Assembly (NCBI GenBank): GCA_026023565.1
Contig: JAPETS010000023.1
Span: forward strand, 434,001-498,000
Direction: 5' to 3'
Origin: Cirrosporium novae-zelandiae
Lineage: Eukaryota
Length of the DNA stretch: 64,000 nt
Positions 1-14,999 of the stretch are shown piece by piece. The first letter of the stretch is position 1; each line of letters opens with the position of its first letter. Under the pieces are notes generated by a model. It had not been told where the DNA came from. It saw nothing but the letters and a program-made list of their open reading frames with translations, and made no database searches. The position numbers were made by a program, and so were the translations under genes.

Positions 1-1399
1 TTGCAGAATTTTTCCGTTATATTTATATAAAAAACTGTACTATTATACGAATATAATAAAAAAATAATATTAATATTCTCGTTATAATCTAGATTATAAT
101 CCGTAATATTTTATTAATTGTTCTAATTAATATTAATATAATTTACGAGTTGCGTATATTATAAAAATATTATAAATATCGTCGTTTTAGCTCTCGTAAT
201 TTTAAATAAAAAAATAAGAATCGATTAAAAATTAAATATATTAATTTCCGATATAATAATAATTGAGAATATCTGAATAAATTAAAATATAAAGAATATA
301 TTAATTATTAAAAATAAAAAAATTATAATTATCAATTTAAATAAAAACGAATTTTCCGTTATAAAAATAAGAATTAAAAAATTAATTCCGTTAAATATAT
401 TATATACTGTTATAAATATATTATCGCAGAAATAAAAAATTATAAATCCAGAATTAAATACGTTAATAATATTATTAATTTATTAAAAATTTTTAATTTA
501 AATATTATTATAATTGATAATATAATTAAATTATAATCTAGAAAAAAAATTTCGAAAAACAAATTTCGTTTTATTTAATTTTCCAACGTATTAAATTTTA
601 TCGTTACCGAAAAATCCGAAAATAACTTAATATAATTTAACCAAATATTCACCGATCTAAATTTAATTAAAAATAAATAAATCTCGGTATAACGATAAAT
701 TAATAGAATATTATTAAATAAAATAATATAATAATTAATTAAAAAACCTAAAACTATTATAAAATATAAAAAAAAAATATTAAATATATATTAATTAATT
801 TCTTAACGTCAAAATAAAATGAATTATAGAAAATATAGAAAATCGAATAAAAATTATTATTAATAAATAATAAATAAATATATAGATTTTAATTCAAAAT
901 AATTTATAAAATAATTTTTATAATAGATCCGATTATATTATTATTTTTTTAATATATATATTTTGCTAATATTAATAGCTTTCGAATTTATATAATTATT
1001 TTGATATTAAAGCCTTTTTTATATAAATATTCTGCTAGAAATAACTATTTATTTAATATTATTTATATTTTTTATTTTCGAATAAAACACGCAATTTCTT
1101 TTCAAAAATTATACGATACGTTACCTGAAATATTCTAATAAATTTTTCCAAATATTAAAAACTAAATTCTAGATTATCGGAATTATTTTCGGTTCAAACG
1201 TTACGAAATTTACTGTAAAAAAATTTATAATAGCTAATAATATTTATATAAATAATAAATTTTAATAATTCTATAAACGCTACGATAAGAAAAACGTAAA
1301 ATAATTAAGGTTTTTTATTAAATTTTTTTTTATTATTATTTATTATATTTATATTGTTTTTTATTATATAAATAATTTTATTTTTATTAATAAAAATAT

Positions 1400-3450
1400 A
1401 CTATTTTAGAATATAATATATCCCTGAATCGCAGAATAAAAATAAATAATATTAAATTATTCAGCCAACCAAAAATATCTCTAATTTTCGAATATAAAAA
1501 AATTGAAAAATCGGTTTTAATATAATTTCAATTTTAGATCGTATTTATTTTAGAGTTTTAAAATAACATTTTACTATTATAATTAAATTTGGACGTATAT
1601 TTATTTTTCCGTTATTTACGTACAATATTTAAAATATTTATATTTATAATTTTAATAATTATTCTAACGTTTATATTTTTAAATTATATTAGCGGAAAAA
1701 ATATTATCAACGGTATTTATAATTTAAATTAATTAAATTAAACGAATATAAATTATAAATATATAATCCGTTATTAAAATTATTTTATATTAATTTTAAT
1801 TATAATAATTTACGTATATTATATAATATATCGTGAATTACGTGTTTATATTCGTATACGATAAATATATTTTATTTTATTCGTTTAATATTATTAAATT
1901 TTTGCAGTTATTATATTAATAATTAAAATATTAAAAAAATTATTTATAATTAAAATTTTAAATAATTTATATAATAAATTTCCGGAATTTATTAAAAAAA
2001 TTAATAAACGAACTAAAATTATCTATAAATTAAAACGAGCGGAAATTAAATTTATTTAGAACGTTTTATTAAATTTTTTATTTAATAAATGTATAATTAA
2101 TAATAATAATTATTATTATTAACGAGAAAATTATTTAAAAGATAATTAAAAAAATTCGGTTTTTTAATTTTAAAAAAAAATTGATTAAATTAATAATTAT
2201 TATAAAAAATTAGACCGGTTTAATATTAAAATTAAAAAAATATAAAAAAAAACGGAATAATTATTATTATTAAATTTTATTTTCGTTTAATTTAATAATT
2301 ATTTTACGGTATATATAACGTATTAATCGGTAATAAATTATCGTTTATAAATTATATTAATCGAATATATTAAAATTTTATTTTAAAATATTATTTAAAA
2401 AAATCTAATAATAAATTAATTTAAATATTAAATCTAAATAATTTTTATTATATTAATTATTATTATATTAATTATCGGATAAAATAGATCGATTATTTTA
2501 ATTAATTTAATATTGTAAATTAACGATATAATTATAATAATATTATAATTTAATTAATTAAATTATTTATTCACGGGAGTATTTGGTTTTATTTAAAAAT
2601 ATTTTTTATAAATTCTGCTAACCGGCGTAATATTATTAATCCCGGTATTATTACGATTTCTCGCGAATTAATAAAAATTTTATATTTTTATTTATTTAAA
2701 ATTTTTTAACGGTTTTTTTTATTTTCGGGTATTATTACGACGATAGCTGATTTTATATAAAATATTTATATTATATTGAATATATTTATAACGAATTTCT
2801 TGAAAATTAATATTTATTTTTTTTTATATTTGATATTTTATATATTTTTAATAAATACGGCTGCGTTTATTTAAATAAAAAATTTATTCTGATAATTCGT
2901 GATAATCCTATTTTATAATAAAACTGTACGATAAAAAATAATAAATTTAATATATTTTTTTATTTATTTATATTAATTTAGTTTGTATTAATAAATTAAA
3001 TTTTTAAAATAATTTGATAAATATTAATAAATTACGTAAATATTATATATATTATTATAATATTTTTTATTTTAATATTCGATATTTTGGTTTTTATAAT
3101 ATTTTTAGTAATATATAAATATAATATATTACGTATAATAGTTTTTTAAATTAATACGAATAATTTATTTTATTTAAAAACGTTGATATAATCTTTTATT
3201 AATATTTATATTAGAGAATTTTATTTAATTAATCTATTTTTTTATACGTAATTCGGACGGTAATATCGTTTATATCGGATAAATATTATTAATAATATTT
3301 ATTATTTTTTAATTATATTTTTTTATGTAAAATTAAAAAAAATATATAAATTTTTTTTAAATTTTTATTATTACGCGTTGAAAAAATTAATTAAATCAAA
3401 AAAAAATCTAAAAATATTTTTCGATCGGATAATTAATTAAAACGATATTA
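1400..3450 (+). pseudogene. RIP-destroyed CSC1/OSCA/TMEM63 (DUF221, RSN1/PHM7-like) calcium-permeable channel gene, copy 1
   Basis: Two-copy consensus with RIP reversal reads GLDAYLFLRYLRT (1586-1625), LNYIGG..GLD, ELRVYIRIRQAYL, ATVLVTxIP, FPGRIRNIWINRDL, LIPVLLRFLANQQG, NLPKxxNYFFSY and ELCLIGLFFxRDSDG. This is the motif order of fungal CSC1-family proteins. Boundaries approximate. Confidence 0.85.
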
Positions 3451-4099
3451 AAATTTTCGGTTTAATTATATAAATACGAAAAAATCTATCGTTTAAATCC
3501 CGAATAATAATTCCGCAATTAATAATTACGAAATTATAGAAATAAAAAAATTAAATTAAAAATTATTAATTAATAATAAATAAATATTAATAAATAAAAA
3601 CGGAAAAATAATATTAATAAAATTTTTTTCTAATTTTTTTAATAATGGCTGGCAGCTTTTTCTGATTATTCCAGATTAATATAAAATTTAAAATCTTATA
3701 ATATTGGTCTGCAGATTTTTATACTCAAAAAAATTATAAAAAAATTAAATAATAAAAAATAAACGTATTAATCAAAAATTTATATATTTAGATTTAAAAA
3801 TAATTCTAATTCTAATTATATTTCGAGCAATAGAATTTTATAATTAAATTATTTTTTTATTTTAAAAAGAATTCTGCAATTTATCTGGTAAAAACTGGCT
3901 AAAAATAAAAATCTTGAAATAAAGTATGAATTATTTTAGGAAATATAAGAGATTTTAGATAGAAGAATTATAATCTTTTTATAATATATCCTTATATTTT
4001 TTCTAAAAATAATTTTTTAAAAATAATTTATTTTATAGAATATATTTTCGCAATTATTTTTGTTCCATTTTTTTTTATATATAAACTAATTTTTAGATT

Positions 4100-5480
4100 A
4101 TATTATAACGTTATAATACCAATTATATTAATTGATTTTTAACCGAAATAATTTTTATTTCAATTTATAATAAAAAATAATTATTTTACGTCGATCGGGA
4201 TACGGCGGTTAACGTTTTTCCGTCCTGAACAGAAATTATACCGAAATAAATAAATTTTATATATTTATTACTGTAATTATTATTCGTTTTATTATTTTTA
4301 ATTAATATTAGAACCGATATTAATCGATTAAATTTTATAGAAATATTATAACCAAATATTATACGAACGAAAATAAATTATAACGACGGTAAATAAATAA
4401 TAATTATAAATAAAACGTTTTTAATTATTATTTAAATATTTAGGTCCACCGATATTTTTATTAAATATTAATATTTCCGTAATAAATTATAAAACCTGGA
4501 TTTATATATAAAATCAATTATAGTATTATTATTAAAAAACGTGTTTGTTTATAAAAAATTAGCGATAATTTTTTTAATAAAATAATAAATTTAATCTAAT
4601 ATTACACCGTAATTAATATAATATTTATATATTTTTTAAAATAAAAACGTTTCTTAATATTGTTTTTTAATTAATAAATATTTTTAATTTTTATAAAAAA
4701 AATAAAAAAAATATTATAATTATAATATTTATAATAATAATAAAAATAAATATATATCGATAAAAATTTATTAATTAAAATGAATTCTATTTATAATTAT
4801 TTTATTTTAAATATAAACGATAAAAAAATATTAGAAAATAATAATAAATAAAACGTTAATACCGGAATAGAGAATTATAAATCCTATTATAAAAACCCAG
4901 AATTTGAATTTTTATCCGAAAAAAATTCGAAAATAAAAATATAAAATAGAAAATTTTATTAACGTAATTATAAATAATATATTTATTATTTTATTAATAT
5001 ATAAATATTATAAATATTTAAATAATTATTAATTATTATTTAATTTAGTTTTCAACGTATTTTTTATAAATTAATCAGTTTTTTAGAATATTTCTCGATA
5101 ATAATTAAATAATAGCTAATATTTTTAGTTTTGATTATTAGAAAATAAATTATTATAAAATAATAACGAATAACGAAAAATAGAATTAACGTATTAATAA
5201 TATATAAAATAGATTATCTAAACTTTATTATTTAAAAAATATTAGATTATATTATTTTTATATTAAAAAAAATACAGATATATATAAACGTAATAAATAT
5301 TAAAAAATCGTTTAATATAAACGGGTTTTTTTGAATTTTTTAATATAAAATCGAATTAAAATTATTATAATAATTTTACCGTTTTCATATTCGTTTTCGG
5401 TTGAATTAAATAAAAATATTATAAAAAATATTATAAAAAATATTATAAAAAATAAAATTTTTATTATAATAATAAAAATA
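4100..5480 (-). pseudogene. RIP-destroyed PTH11-like (fungal rhodopsin-domain) integral membrane protein gene A, copy 1
   Basis: Reverse complement of 29450-30850, where ARFYTR..GLDD, GGxGxH, KFSILxFYxRI, FQCxPIxYxWDKTI and LWxLxM..KxxLxxVFxLG are readable after RIP reversal. Confidence 0.8.
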
Positions 5481-5728
5481 AGGAATATTAAAAAAGAAAT
5501 TATAGATTTAGATTAAATAAAATATTTATTAATATAAAAACTAAAAAAAGATAAAAAAAATATAAATAATAAAAATATAATAAAAAATCTATTATTATTA
5601 CGTATTATTATTATATAATATGATAAATATAATATTTATATATTTTAAAATTTCTATTTCTAATCTAAAACGTTTTATATTGATTATTCTATTAATAATT
5701 ATTAAATAAATATTTATTGATTTTTATA

Positions 5729-8700
5729 TAATAATAATTATTCATTATTTTATATCTATATATCGCTTAGAAACTATAACGGATTCTATTCGGGGGTTTT
5801 TAGGCCTCTTTGTATCCCTTTTCGGGCTTACTTTTAATTAAAGTGGTGGGGGTTAACCCCCCTAATTCAATTATATAGTTTCCCCCCTTTTTTGGGTTTC
5901 CTAAAATTATCTGATTTATTTAACCGGATAGTTTTTTAGCGTTATTTCGGTATTCGTAATTTATAAATAGATTTATTCGTATTTATTTTCGATTTTTTTA
6001 ATTTTTATTTATATATACGTTTATCCCGCGTTTCTATTACGGTCCCAGTTTTTATTTAATACCTATTTTTAAATCGTTTTTTTTCCCGTATCCGGGTTCA
6101 ATTTATTTTTAATCTAGGTATATTTTACGATTTTTTATTTCGTATTAAATCTAATATTAAAGTTTTTTTATTTCTATATCGTTTAAAAAACGTATTTAAT
6201 TTTTAAAAAATCTTCGGTTTTTTAATACGAATATTAATTTTTTTTATCGATTATGTTAGATTATTAATTTTTTTATTTTTTTATTATTTCCCGTAAATAG
6301 ATTTTAATTATTTATTAGCGCGGGTATATTAATATTAAATAAAATATATTTTAATATAAAATCCCGTATTATTAATACTCCGGCATAATAATAATTTTCG
6401 TACGATATATATATTTTCCGGTAACGGCGTATTCCGTTTTTATTTAATAAAATCTATTTATTAATTTTTTAAACGTATATTTTAATATTTTATTTTTTTT
6501 ATATTTTTAATATATTTAATAAAATTTATTAAACGATTTTTTTATTTTTTAATTATATAATTAATTATACGTTTTTATAATTTATTTTTTTATTATATTA
6601 CGGATTATATAAATTAACGAAATTTATATTATTATTTTATTATTTTTTAATATTATATTTATTTTAATCGTTTAATTTATTATTTCGTTTTTTAATATTT
6701 TATAATATTTTAAAATTTATTTAATAACGATTTTTATTTTTTAATTTATTAAATATTTAATATATTTATATATTTTTTATATAATTATTTAATTTTTTTT
6801 AATTTTTTTTTTCGATCTATTTAATAGCCGTTTACGAATTAAATAATAATATTATTATTTTTTTAGAAATTTTATAATTATTTAAATATATTTTAATTAT
6901 TATATTTAAAATTATTTATATTTTTAAAATTTTATATTAAATATTTTTTTATTTTAATTTAAATAATATTTTTATATTATTTATAAAATTTTTTCGATTA
7001 TTTTTTAAATTATTTTTATTTTTATTTTATAATTTTTTAATTTAAATATATTCGATTAATATATATTTTTTTAATTTTATATTAATATTTCGGTAAAAAT
7101 CTATTATTTTAAAAATATTATTATTTTTTTTAAAAATTTATTTTTTCGATTATTTAAATTTTTTCGATTTTAAAATTCGGATTTATTATTTTTTAAATTA
7201 TCGTTATAATTAAATATTAATTTAATATATTTTTTTTATTAAATCTCGTATTCATATATATAAATTAATACGATAATTATTATTATTATTTAATACGTAA
7301 ATCTAATAAATAATCCGTTCTAATAATATATATATATAATTACGTTTTCCGTATATCGGATTTTAATTAATTATTAAACGTAATAAATTTTTAATTAAAA
7401 ATAATATCGTATTATTTTTATTATTTTATTAGAATTTTATTATTATAATATATATAATATTTTAAATTAAATATTATTATATTTTAAAATTTTATTCGTA
7501 TTTTATATATATAACGTTTTTCGTATTATTCTTTCGAATAATTATTAAACGAATATTTTTTTTATCGTTATTCTCCCGTTTTTTATATAAAACGTTAATA
7601 TTAGATTTTAATTTTAAAATTTATTTAAATCGTTTTTTTTATATATATTTAAAAAACATCGGTTTATTTATTTTTTTTTTTAATTTTAATTAATTTTAAA
7701 AATTTTTTAAATATTATTTTAATTTTTTTATAAATTCGGCGTTTTTATTTCGTTTTTTTATAAATTCGGGATTAATTAATTTATTTTTAAACGTTAATTT
7801 TTTTATTCGAATTAAATAAAAACGTAATTTAAATTAATTTTTAATTTATTATTTATATTATCGATTATCGCGTTTATTAATTTTTTTTAAAACGATTTTA
7901 TAATAAAATTAATTATTATTAAATTAATTATTAAATAATAAATCGATTTTTTTTCGAATTAAATATTTTAAATAATATCGTTTTATATAATTAAATCCTA
8001 TTTTTTTATAAATATTATTAAAAATACGTTATTTACGTAAATAATTTATTCGGGTTTTTATATTAAATTATAAATATTAAAATTTTTTATTAATATTATT
8101 TTATTTTTATTAAAAATAGATTTTTATTTTATATTTTATAAAATTTTTTTAAATTTTTATTATCGGTTTTATTTTTAAAAATATATATTTTTTAATTTTT
8201 GATCGTAAACCTTAATTATTTTAATCGGGTTTTTTATTTTTTTATCTGCGTTTATTTTATTAATATTTAGTATTACGAAATAAAAATAATTAATTTAATT
8301 AATTTTTACGATTATTTTAAATACGATATTTTTTCGGTTTTTATATATAATAATAATTATTTTTACGATTTCTTTTTTATTTAGATCTCTAATTCGGGCT
8401 AATAAAAATCTTACGCCGGATATAATATTTTTTTTTTTTAATTTTTAATTAGATTTTTATAATAATATTATATTTATTTTAATTTATATAATCGATTTTA
8501 AAATTATAATCGTTATATCGTATTTTTTATAATAATTATATTATAATATTTTTATTTATAATTTAGATATATTATTATTTATTTACGGTATGGATATTAT
8601 TAATATTTTAAATATTATTTATATTTTTTTTTTTTTTTTTAAATTTCTAATTCCGGGATTTTTAATTTTTAATCAAAATTTTATAGATTTTTTTTTTTTT

Positions 8701-10565
8701 TAAAAAAATAAATACGTGGAATAATTATATAAAGTTTTTTCGATATTTTTTTTTCGTATATTTTATATTTATTTTTCGGATTATTAAATATTTTTCGTCC
8801 GTAATTATATAAAAATTTAAATAATTTATATATTTTATTATCCGATATTAGTAATTTTACGTTTCGTATATTTCTATATATATTATATATTTAGAGGTTT
8901 TATTTTTATATTCCAGAAATAATTTATATTTTAATTCAATATATTTTAAATACGTTTTATTTATTCCTAACGTAATTTATCGGATATATCGAAATTTATA
9001 TTTTATTAAATAATAATTTTCGGTTCTTTATTTTTTATATATTACGAACGGGAATTTTATTTTAATTAAAATAATATATTTTTTTAATATAAGCCCGATT
9101 CGTATCTATTTTTAACGATATTTTTCCGGCGTTATTTATACGATTACCGTATTTCGAAATAATAAATAAATATTTTTTAAATTATTTTTTATTAGATTTA
9201 ATTTTTTTAAATTTTTAAATATTTTTAAAAATATTTTTTATATTTTTATTTAATATAAAATTCTTAATAAATATATATTTATTATCGTATTATTTATTTT
9301 TATTATAATTTTTAAAATTTTTTATTTATATTTAAATATTAATATATTCGTATTAATTTTTTTATCGAATATAATTTTTAAATTATTTTTTTTATTAATA
9401 TAGATTTCTCTCACCCGTAATTCAGACGATATATTTAAATTAATTAATTTAATATTCATCGCCGTTATTATTAATATCGTAAAACCCGAATATTTAGTTT
9501 TTTTTTATTAAAAATCAGTATTTTTTAATTTTTAATTTTTATATTTTTATTTATAGAATTAATGCGTTCTTTTTTATAAAATTTAATTATTTATTATTTT
9601 TTATTAGATTTATTTATTATTTTATTAATTATTTTAATATAAATAAATTTTATAAATTCTAATATTATTTTTATAAAAATCTATTTTAGGGTTTATAATA
9701 TTAACGGTAAAATCTTTTATTTAATTATCTTTATTATTTATTAAAAATTTTTCTAGATTTTTTTATTTATTTATATTATTATCCCCGTATTAAATATTTA
9801 TAATCCGGTTATTATATCCGTTCGGGATATTATTAAAAAAAATATTATTTTTTTTTTCTATTATTCGTTCGGATTTAATTATTAGAATTATATAATTTTT
9901 ATTTATAAAATTTTTTATTCCGTTATATATAATTTCTGCGGTTTTTATTTAAATTTATAATATCTGGATTATTATTATAATTATTTTTTTAATTATTAAA
10001 AATTTTTATTTAATTATATATAATTTTTTTTAATTTTTTTTTTAAATTTTTATAATTTTATTATTTCGTTTTTCTAAAACGATTATTCGGATTTTTAAAT
10101 CGAAAAATATTTTTTATAATTATATTATAAAATCGTCGATTTTTAAAATCTAATATATTTTTTTTTCGATTATAGAAAATATACGTATTATTATATATTT
10201 AATCGTTTATTCGATTAAAATATCCCGGTTATTAATATATATATTTTTTAAAATATTTTTTTATTCGTAAAATTTTTCGACGATATTTTTCCGTTTAATC
10301 GTTTTTTTTCTAAAATAGGGGTCGTAATACCGAATCGTTAGATTTTATTATAAAATTTTATTCCGGTTTATTCAATTCGTTTTTTAGACGCTATCGTTTT
10401 TTCGTATCCGTTTGATTCTCGTTAACGGTACGTATTTTTCCAGTCCCTAATATTTCCCCGCTATTATTAGATTTTATAGATTTTAAATAAATATTAAATA
10501 TTTCGTATAACGGTCGTTATAGTAATGAATTAATTTGGTGGCGCGGGATTATTAAAAAACGTTTT
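5729..10565 (-). mobile_element. Tad1/I-type LINE copy 1; both ends present, several internal deletions (RT core lost)
   Basis: Reverse complement of 18886-25284. RIPed (CAT)n tail at 5729. 16-bp TSD TTTATT(G/A)ATTTTTATA at 5713-5728 and 10566-10581. The empty site is seen in the inverted copy at ~29207-29222. Confidence 0.9.
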
Positions 10566-11317
10566 TTTATTAATTTTTATAAAATTAATAGTTATAAAAA
10601 AAATCGATAATAAAAATTAATATTTAAAAAATTTGAAATATTATTATATATTGACTATTAAAATAAATTAATAATGAAAATAAATTTTTAAAATATTTTA
10701 ATTTTAATTCTAATTATTGATATATTTGATAAATTCCAATTCCGTTATTAATATATTTAATAAATTCAAAATATTGTTTATTAATAATAATTATTTCAGC
10801 CAATTAATATAAAAAACTTTCCGAAAATAATTAATAATTTTTATAAATAATTGAAAATTAATAAACGGTATAATTACCGTTAAATTATAAATTATCGTAA
10901 TTAAATTAAAATACGTAACGAAATTCGCATTTAAAAAACGTCGATTAATAACTAAACGATAATCGAACAAAAAAATATAAAAATTAATCGAATTATTATT
11001 TAATTTTATTTATTAATTTTTTTATTAATTATATATTTCCGGATATATAAATATAATATTATATATAAATACGTAATATAAATCTTTATATTTAAATAGA
11101 TAAATTAAGAATTATTATTATATAAATCTAAATTTTTTTTTGATTTATTTATTATATTTTTATATAATCTATACGTTAGTTTATTTAAAATATTTATAAA
11201 ATAATCAAAATTATTAAAATTTTATATTTAAAATATCTGATTTAATTTATATTTATTGAATTATTTAAATACGTAAAATAATATATTCTAAAATATTAAA
11301 ATAAAAATTTTTTTATT

Positions 11318-14300
11318 AATAATAATAATTATTTATTATTTTATATTTATATATCGTTTAGAAATTATAACAGATTTTGCTCGGGGACTTTTAGATTTTT
11401 TCGTATTTTTTTTCTGGTTTATTTTTAATTAAAATAATAGAGATTATTTTTTTAATTCGGTTATATAATTTCTCTTTTTTTTAGATTTTTTAGAATTATT
11501 TAATTTATTTAACCGGATAGTTTTTTAACGTTATTTCGGTGCTCGTAATTTATAAATAAATCTGCTCGTATTTATTTTCGATTTTTTATTTTTATTTACG
11601 TATACGTTTATTCCGCGTTTTTATTACGGGCTCCGTTTTTATTTAATATTTATATTTAGGTTTTTTTTTTCCGTATCCGGGTTTTATTTATTTTTAATTT
11701 AAATATATTTCACGATTTCTTTTTCTTATTTAATTCAGAATTAAGGTTTCTTTATTTCTGTATTATTTAAAAAACGTATTTAATTTTTTAATACAAATAT
11801 TAGTTTTTTTTTCGATTATATTGAATTATTGATTTCTCCGTTTTTTATTATTTCCCGTAACTAGATTTTAACCGTTGTTTAGCGCGGGTATATTAATAAT
11901 AAATAAAAAATATTTTAATATAAAATTTTATATTATTAATATTCTGGGATAATAATAATTTTCGTATAATATATATATTCCCCAGTAACAGCGTATTCTA
12001 TTTTTATTTAATTAAATTTATTTATTAATTTTTTAAATATATATTTTAATATCCGATTTTTTTTATATTTTAAATATATTTAATAAAATTTATTAAATAT
12101 TTTTTTTATTTTTTAATTATATAATTAATTATATATTTTTATAATCTATTTTTCGATTATATTATAGATTATATAAATTAACGAAATTTATTCGGTTTTT
12201 TTATTATTTTTTAATATTACGTTTATTTTAATTATTTAATTTATTATTTTATTTTTTAATATTTTATAATATTTTAGAATTTATTTAATACCGATTTTTA
12301 TTTTTTAATTTATTAAATATTTAATATCTTTAAATGTTTTTTATATAATTATTTAATTTCTTTTAATTTTTTTTTTTCGATTCGTTTAATAGCTGTTTAC
12401 GAATTAAATAATAATATTATTATTTTTCCGGAGATTTTATAATTATTCAGATATATTTTAATTGTTATTTGTAAAATTATTTATATTCTCTAAAATTTAT
12501 ATTGAATATTTTTTTTATTTTAATTTAAATAATATTTCCGTATTATTTATAAAATTCTTTCGGTTGTTTTTTAAATTATTCCCGTTTTTATTTTACGATT
12601 TTTTAATTTAGATTCGTCCGATTAATATATATTTTTCTAGGTTTATATTAGCGTTTCGCTGAAAATCTATTATTTTTTTTAATTATTATTTTTTTTAATT
12701 ATTAAAATTTTTTCGATTTTAAAATTCGAATTTATTATTTTTTAAATTATCGTTATATTTAAATATTAATTTAATATTTTTTATTTAATTTTTTAAATTT
12801 ATTAAAAATATTTTAACGATTATTGTTTTAATTAAATATTTATATTTTTTATTTTAAATATTATTAATAATATTAAATTAATTAAATTTTTTTTTAATTT
12901 TTTAAAAATATTTAAATCTATATTTTTTTTGCGCGATATTTAATATTATATTTATAAAATATATATAAACTTTTTATATAATCCTAGTTAGTAAAATTAT
13001 TTTATAAATTTTTATTATTAATTTTATAAATTTATTTAATAATTTTTAAAATTTTATTTAATATCCGATTTATTTTTTTTATTAGATTTTATATTTATGT
13101 ATATAAATTAATATTATAATCGTTATAATTATTTAATACGCGAATTTTATAAATAATTTATTTCGGCGATATATATATTTAATTATATTTTTTATATACC
13201 GGATTTTAATTAAACGTTAAACGTAATAAATTTAGAAATTAAATTTCGGATTTAATTATCGATTCTAATTTTCGATTTAATATTTATGTCAATTTAATAT
13301 TTATATAATTTAAAAAAAATTATAATTTTAGTTTTTTAAACGTCGAATTTTAATTCTTTTTATTAAACCGCCGTTTTCGTTATTTATTAAATAATTTTCC
13401 GGGTTTATTTATTATTTATATAAATAGTCGAAAAATTTACGTCGTTTATAAATAATAGAATTTTAATTTTAAAAATTATTTATTTTATAACTGCGAATAA
13501 CCCGCTATAATATATTAGAAATAATATTAAAAACACAGGCGATTTTTACGGTACCCCGTTTTTATATTAATTTAAAATTATATTTTTCCGTCGATTATTA
13601 ATTCGATATTTTATTAAATTATAAAATTAATTATTTATTTAATAATATTTTTATCGATTTTTAATTATTTTAAATATTATATTAATTTAAATTATAATAT
13701 ATAATTAAACGTTTTTTTAATATTTATAAATAATATATAAATTATTTAATTTCGATTAAACTTTTTTTTATTTAATATATTAAATACGTAAACGTATTAA
13801 TTATATTTTAATTACGTTTCGATTTAAATTAATTTTTATATAATTTATTTAGATTTTCGTATATATTTATTAATATATTAATTACAATTTTTTTAATTAT
13901 TTTATCTAAATAATATAATAAATTTATTATTTTATAATTTTTAATTAATATTTTATCGGTTTTTTTAAATTTAAATAATAATATTTTTTAAATATATTTT
14001 TATTACGTCGGATAATATTTTAATTAAATATAATATCGGATTATTTTTATTATTTTATTAAAATTTTATTATTATAATATTCGTAATATTCTAAATTAAA
14101 TACCGTTATATTTTAGAATTTTATTTATATTTTATACGTATAACGTTTTTCGTACTATTTTTTCGAATAATTATTAGACGAATATTTTTTTAATCGAAAC
14201 TTAAAATTCGGGATTTTTTACAAATAACGGGAAAATCCGTTTTTATTTTTAATTTTTCTCGTTATTCTCCCGTTTTTTATATAAAACGCCGGTATCGGAT

Positions 14301-14805
14301 TTCGGTTTTAAAATTTATAATATTTTAATATTTTTTATCCCCGTTAAATATTTTCAGGATTTAAAAATTTATTTAGATCGTTTTTTTTTATATATATTTG
14401 AAAAAAATCGATTTATTTTTTTTTTTTTTTAATTTTAATTAATTTTATAAATTTTTTAAATATTTTTTTAATTTTTCCGTAGATTCGGCGTTTTTATCTC
14501 GTTTTTTTAAATATTACGCAGTATTTATATTTTTTGGCGGTATATTCGGGGTCCCACCAAACATTCGACCAGGAGTATACCCGTTTAGGTTTTGCGTATT
14601 TATCTAGAATAGCCTTTAGTTGGGTGGTAATCCCCTATATTTCATTTTCCAACTGCGACTCCATACAGTCTGCGGCTAGCGTGCCCTTCGCAGTTGACTA
14701 GAACTCCTATTCTTGTTTCGCTTTAGTTTGCTGTTGGGGGTCTTCCAGCGGCTTTAAATCCCACGAATTCGGGGTTGGCTGGCTTATTTTTGGGCGTTGA
14801 CCCCC
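11318..14805 (-). mobile_element. LINE copy 2, 5'-truncated (ORF2 linker, RT, RNase H, 3' UTR)
   Basis: Matches ~21700-25284 in reverse. Minus strand reads TGVP*KSPV (~13535-13560), WSDGSKL-like (~12605-12628) and ILDKYAKPKRVYSWSNVWWDPE (~14545-14610). Degenerate ~14-bp TSD at 11303-11317 and 14806-14819. Empty site at ~28483-28500. Confidence 0.88.
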
Positions 14806-14999
14806 AAAAAGTTTTTATTTATATTTATATTATTTATAATTTTTATAAAAACTGTTTTTAATTTAAATTATATATTATTTTTGTTTTTTAATATTTGGTT
14901 TTTTTAATTTTATTATTAATTTTTTTTATTATTCGATAATAATTATAATGTTTTTGGAATATAAAATATATATTTTAATTTTTATAAAAAAGATCGGTT

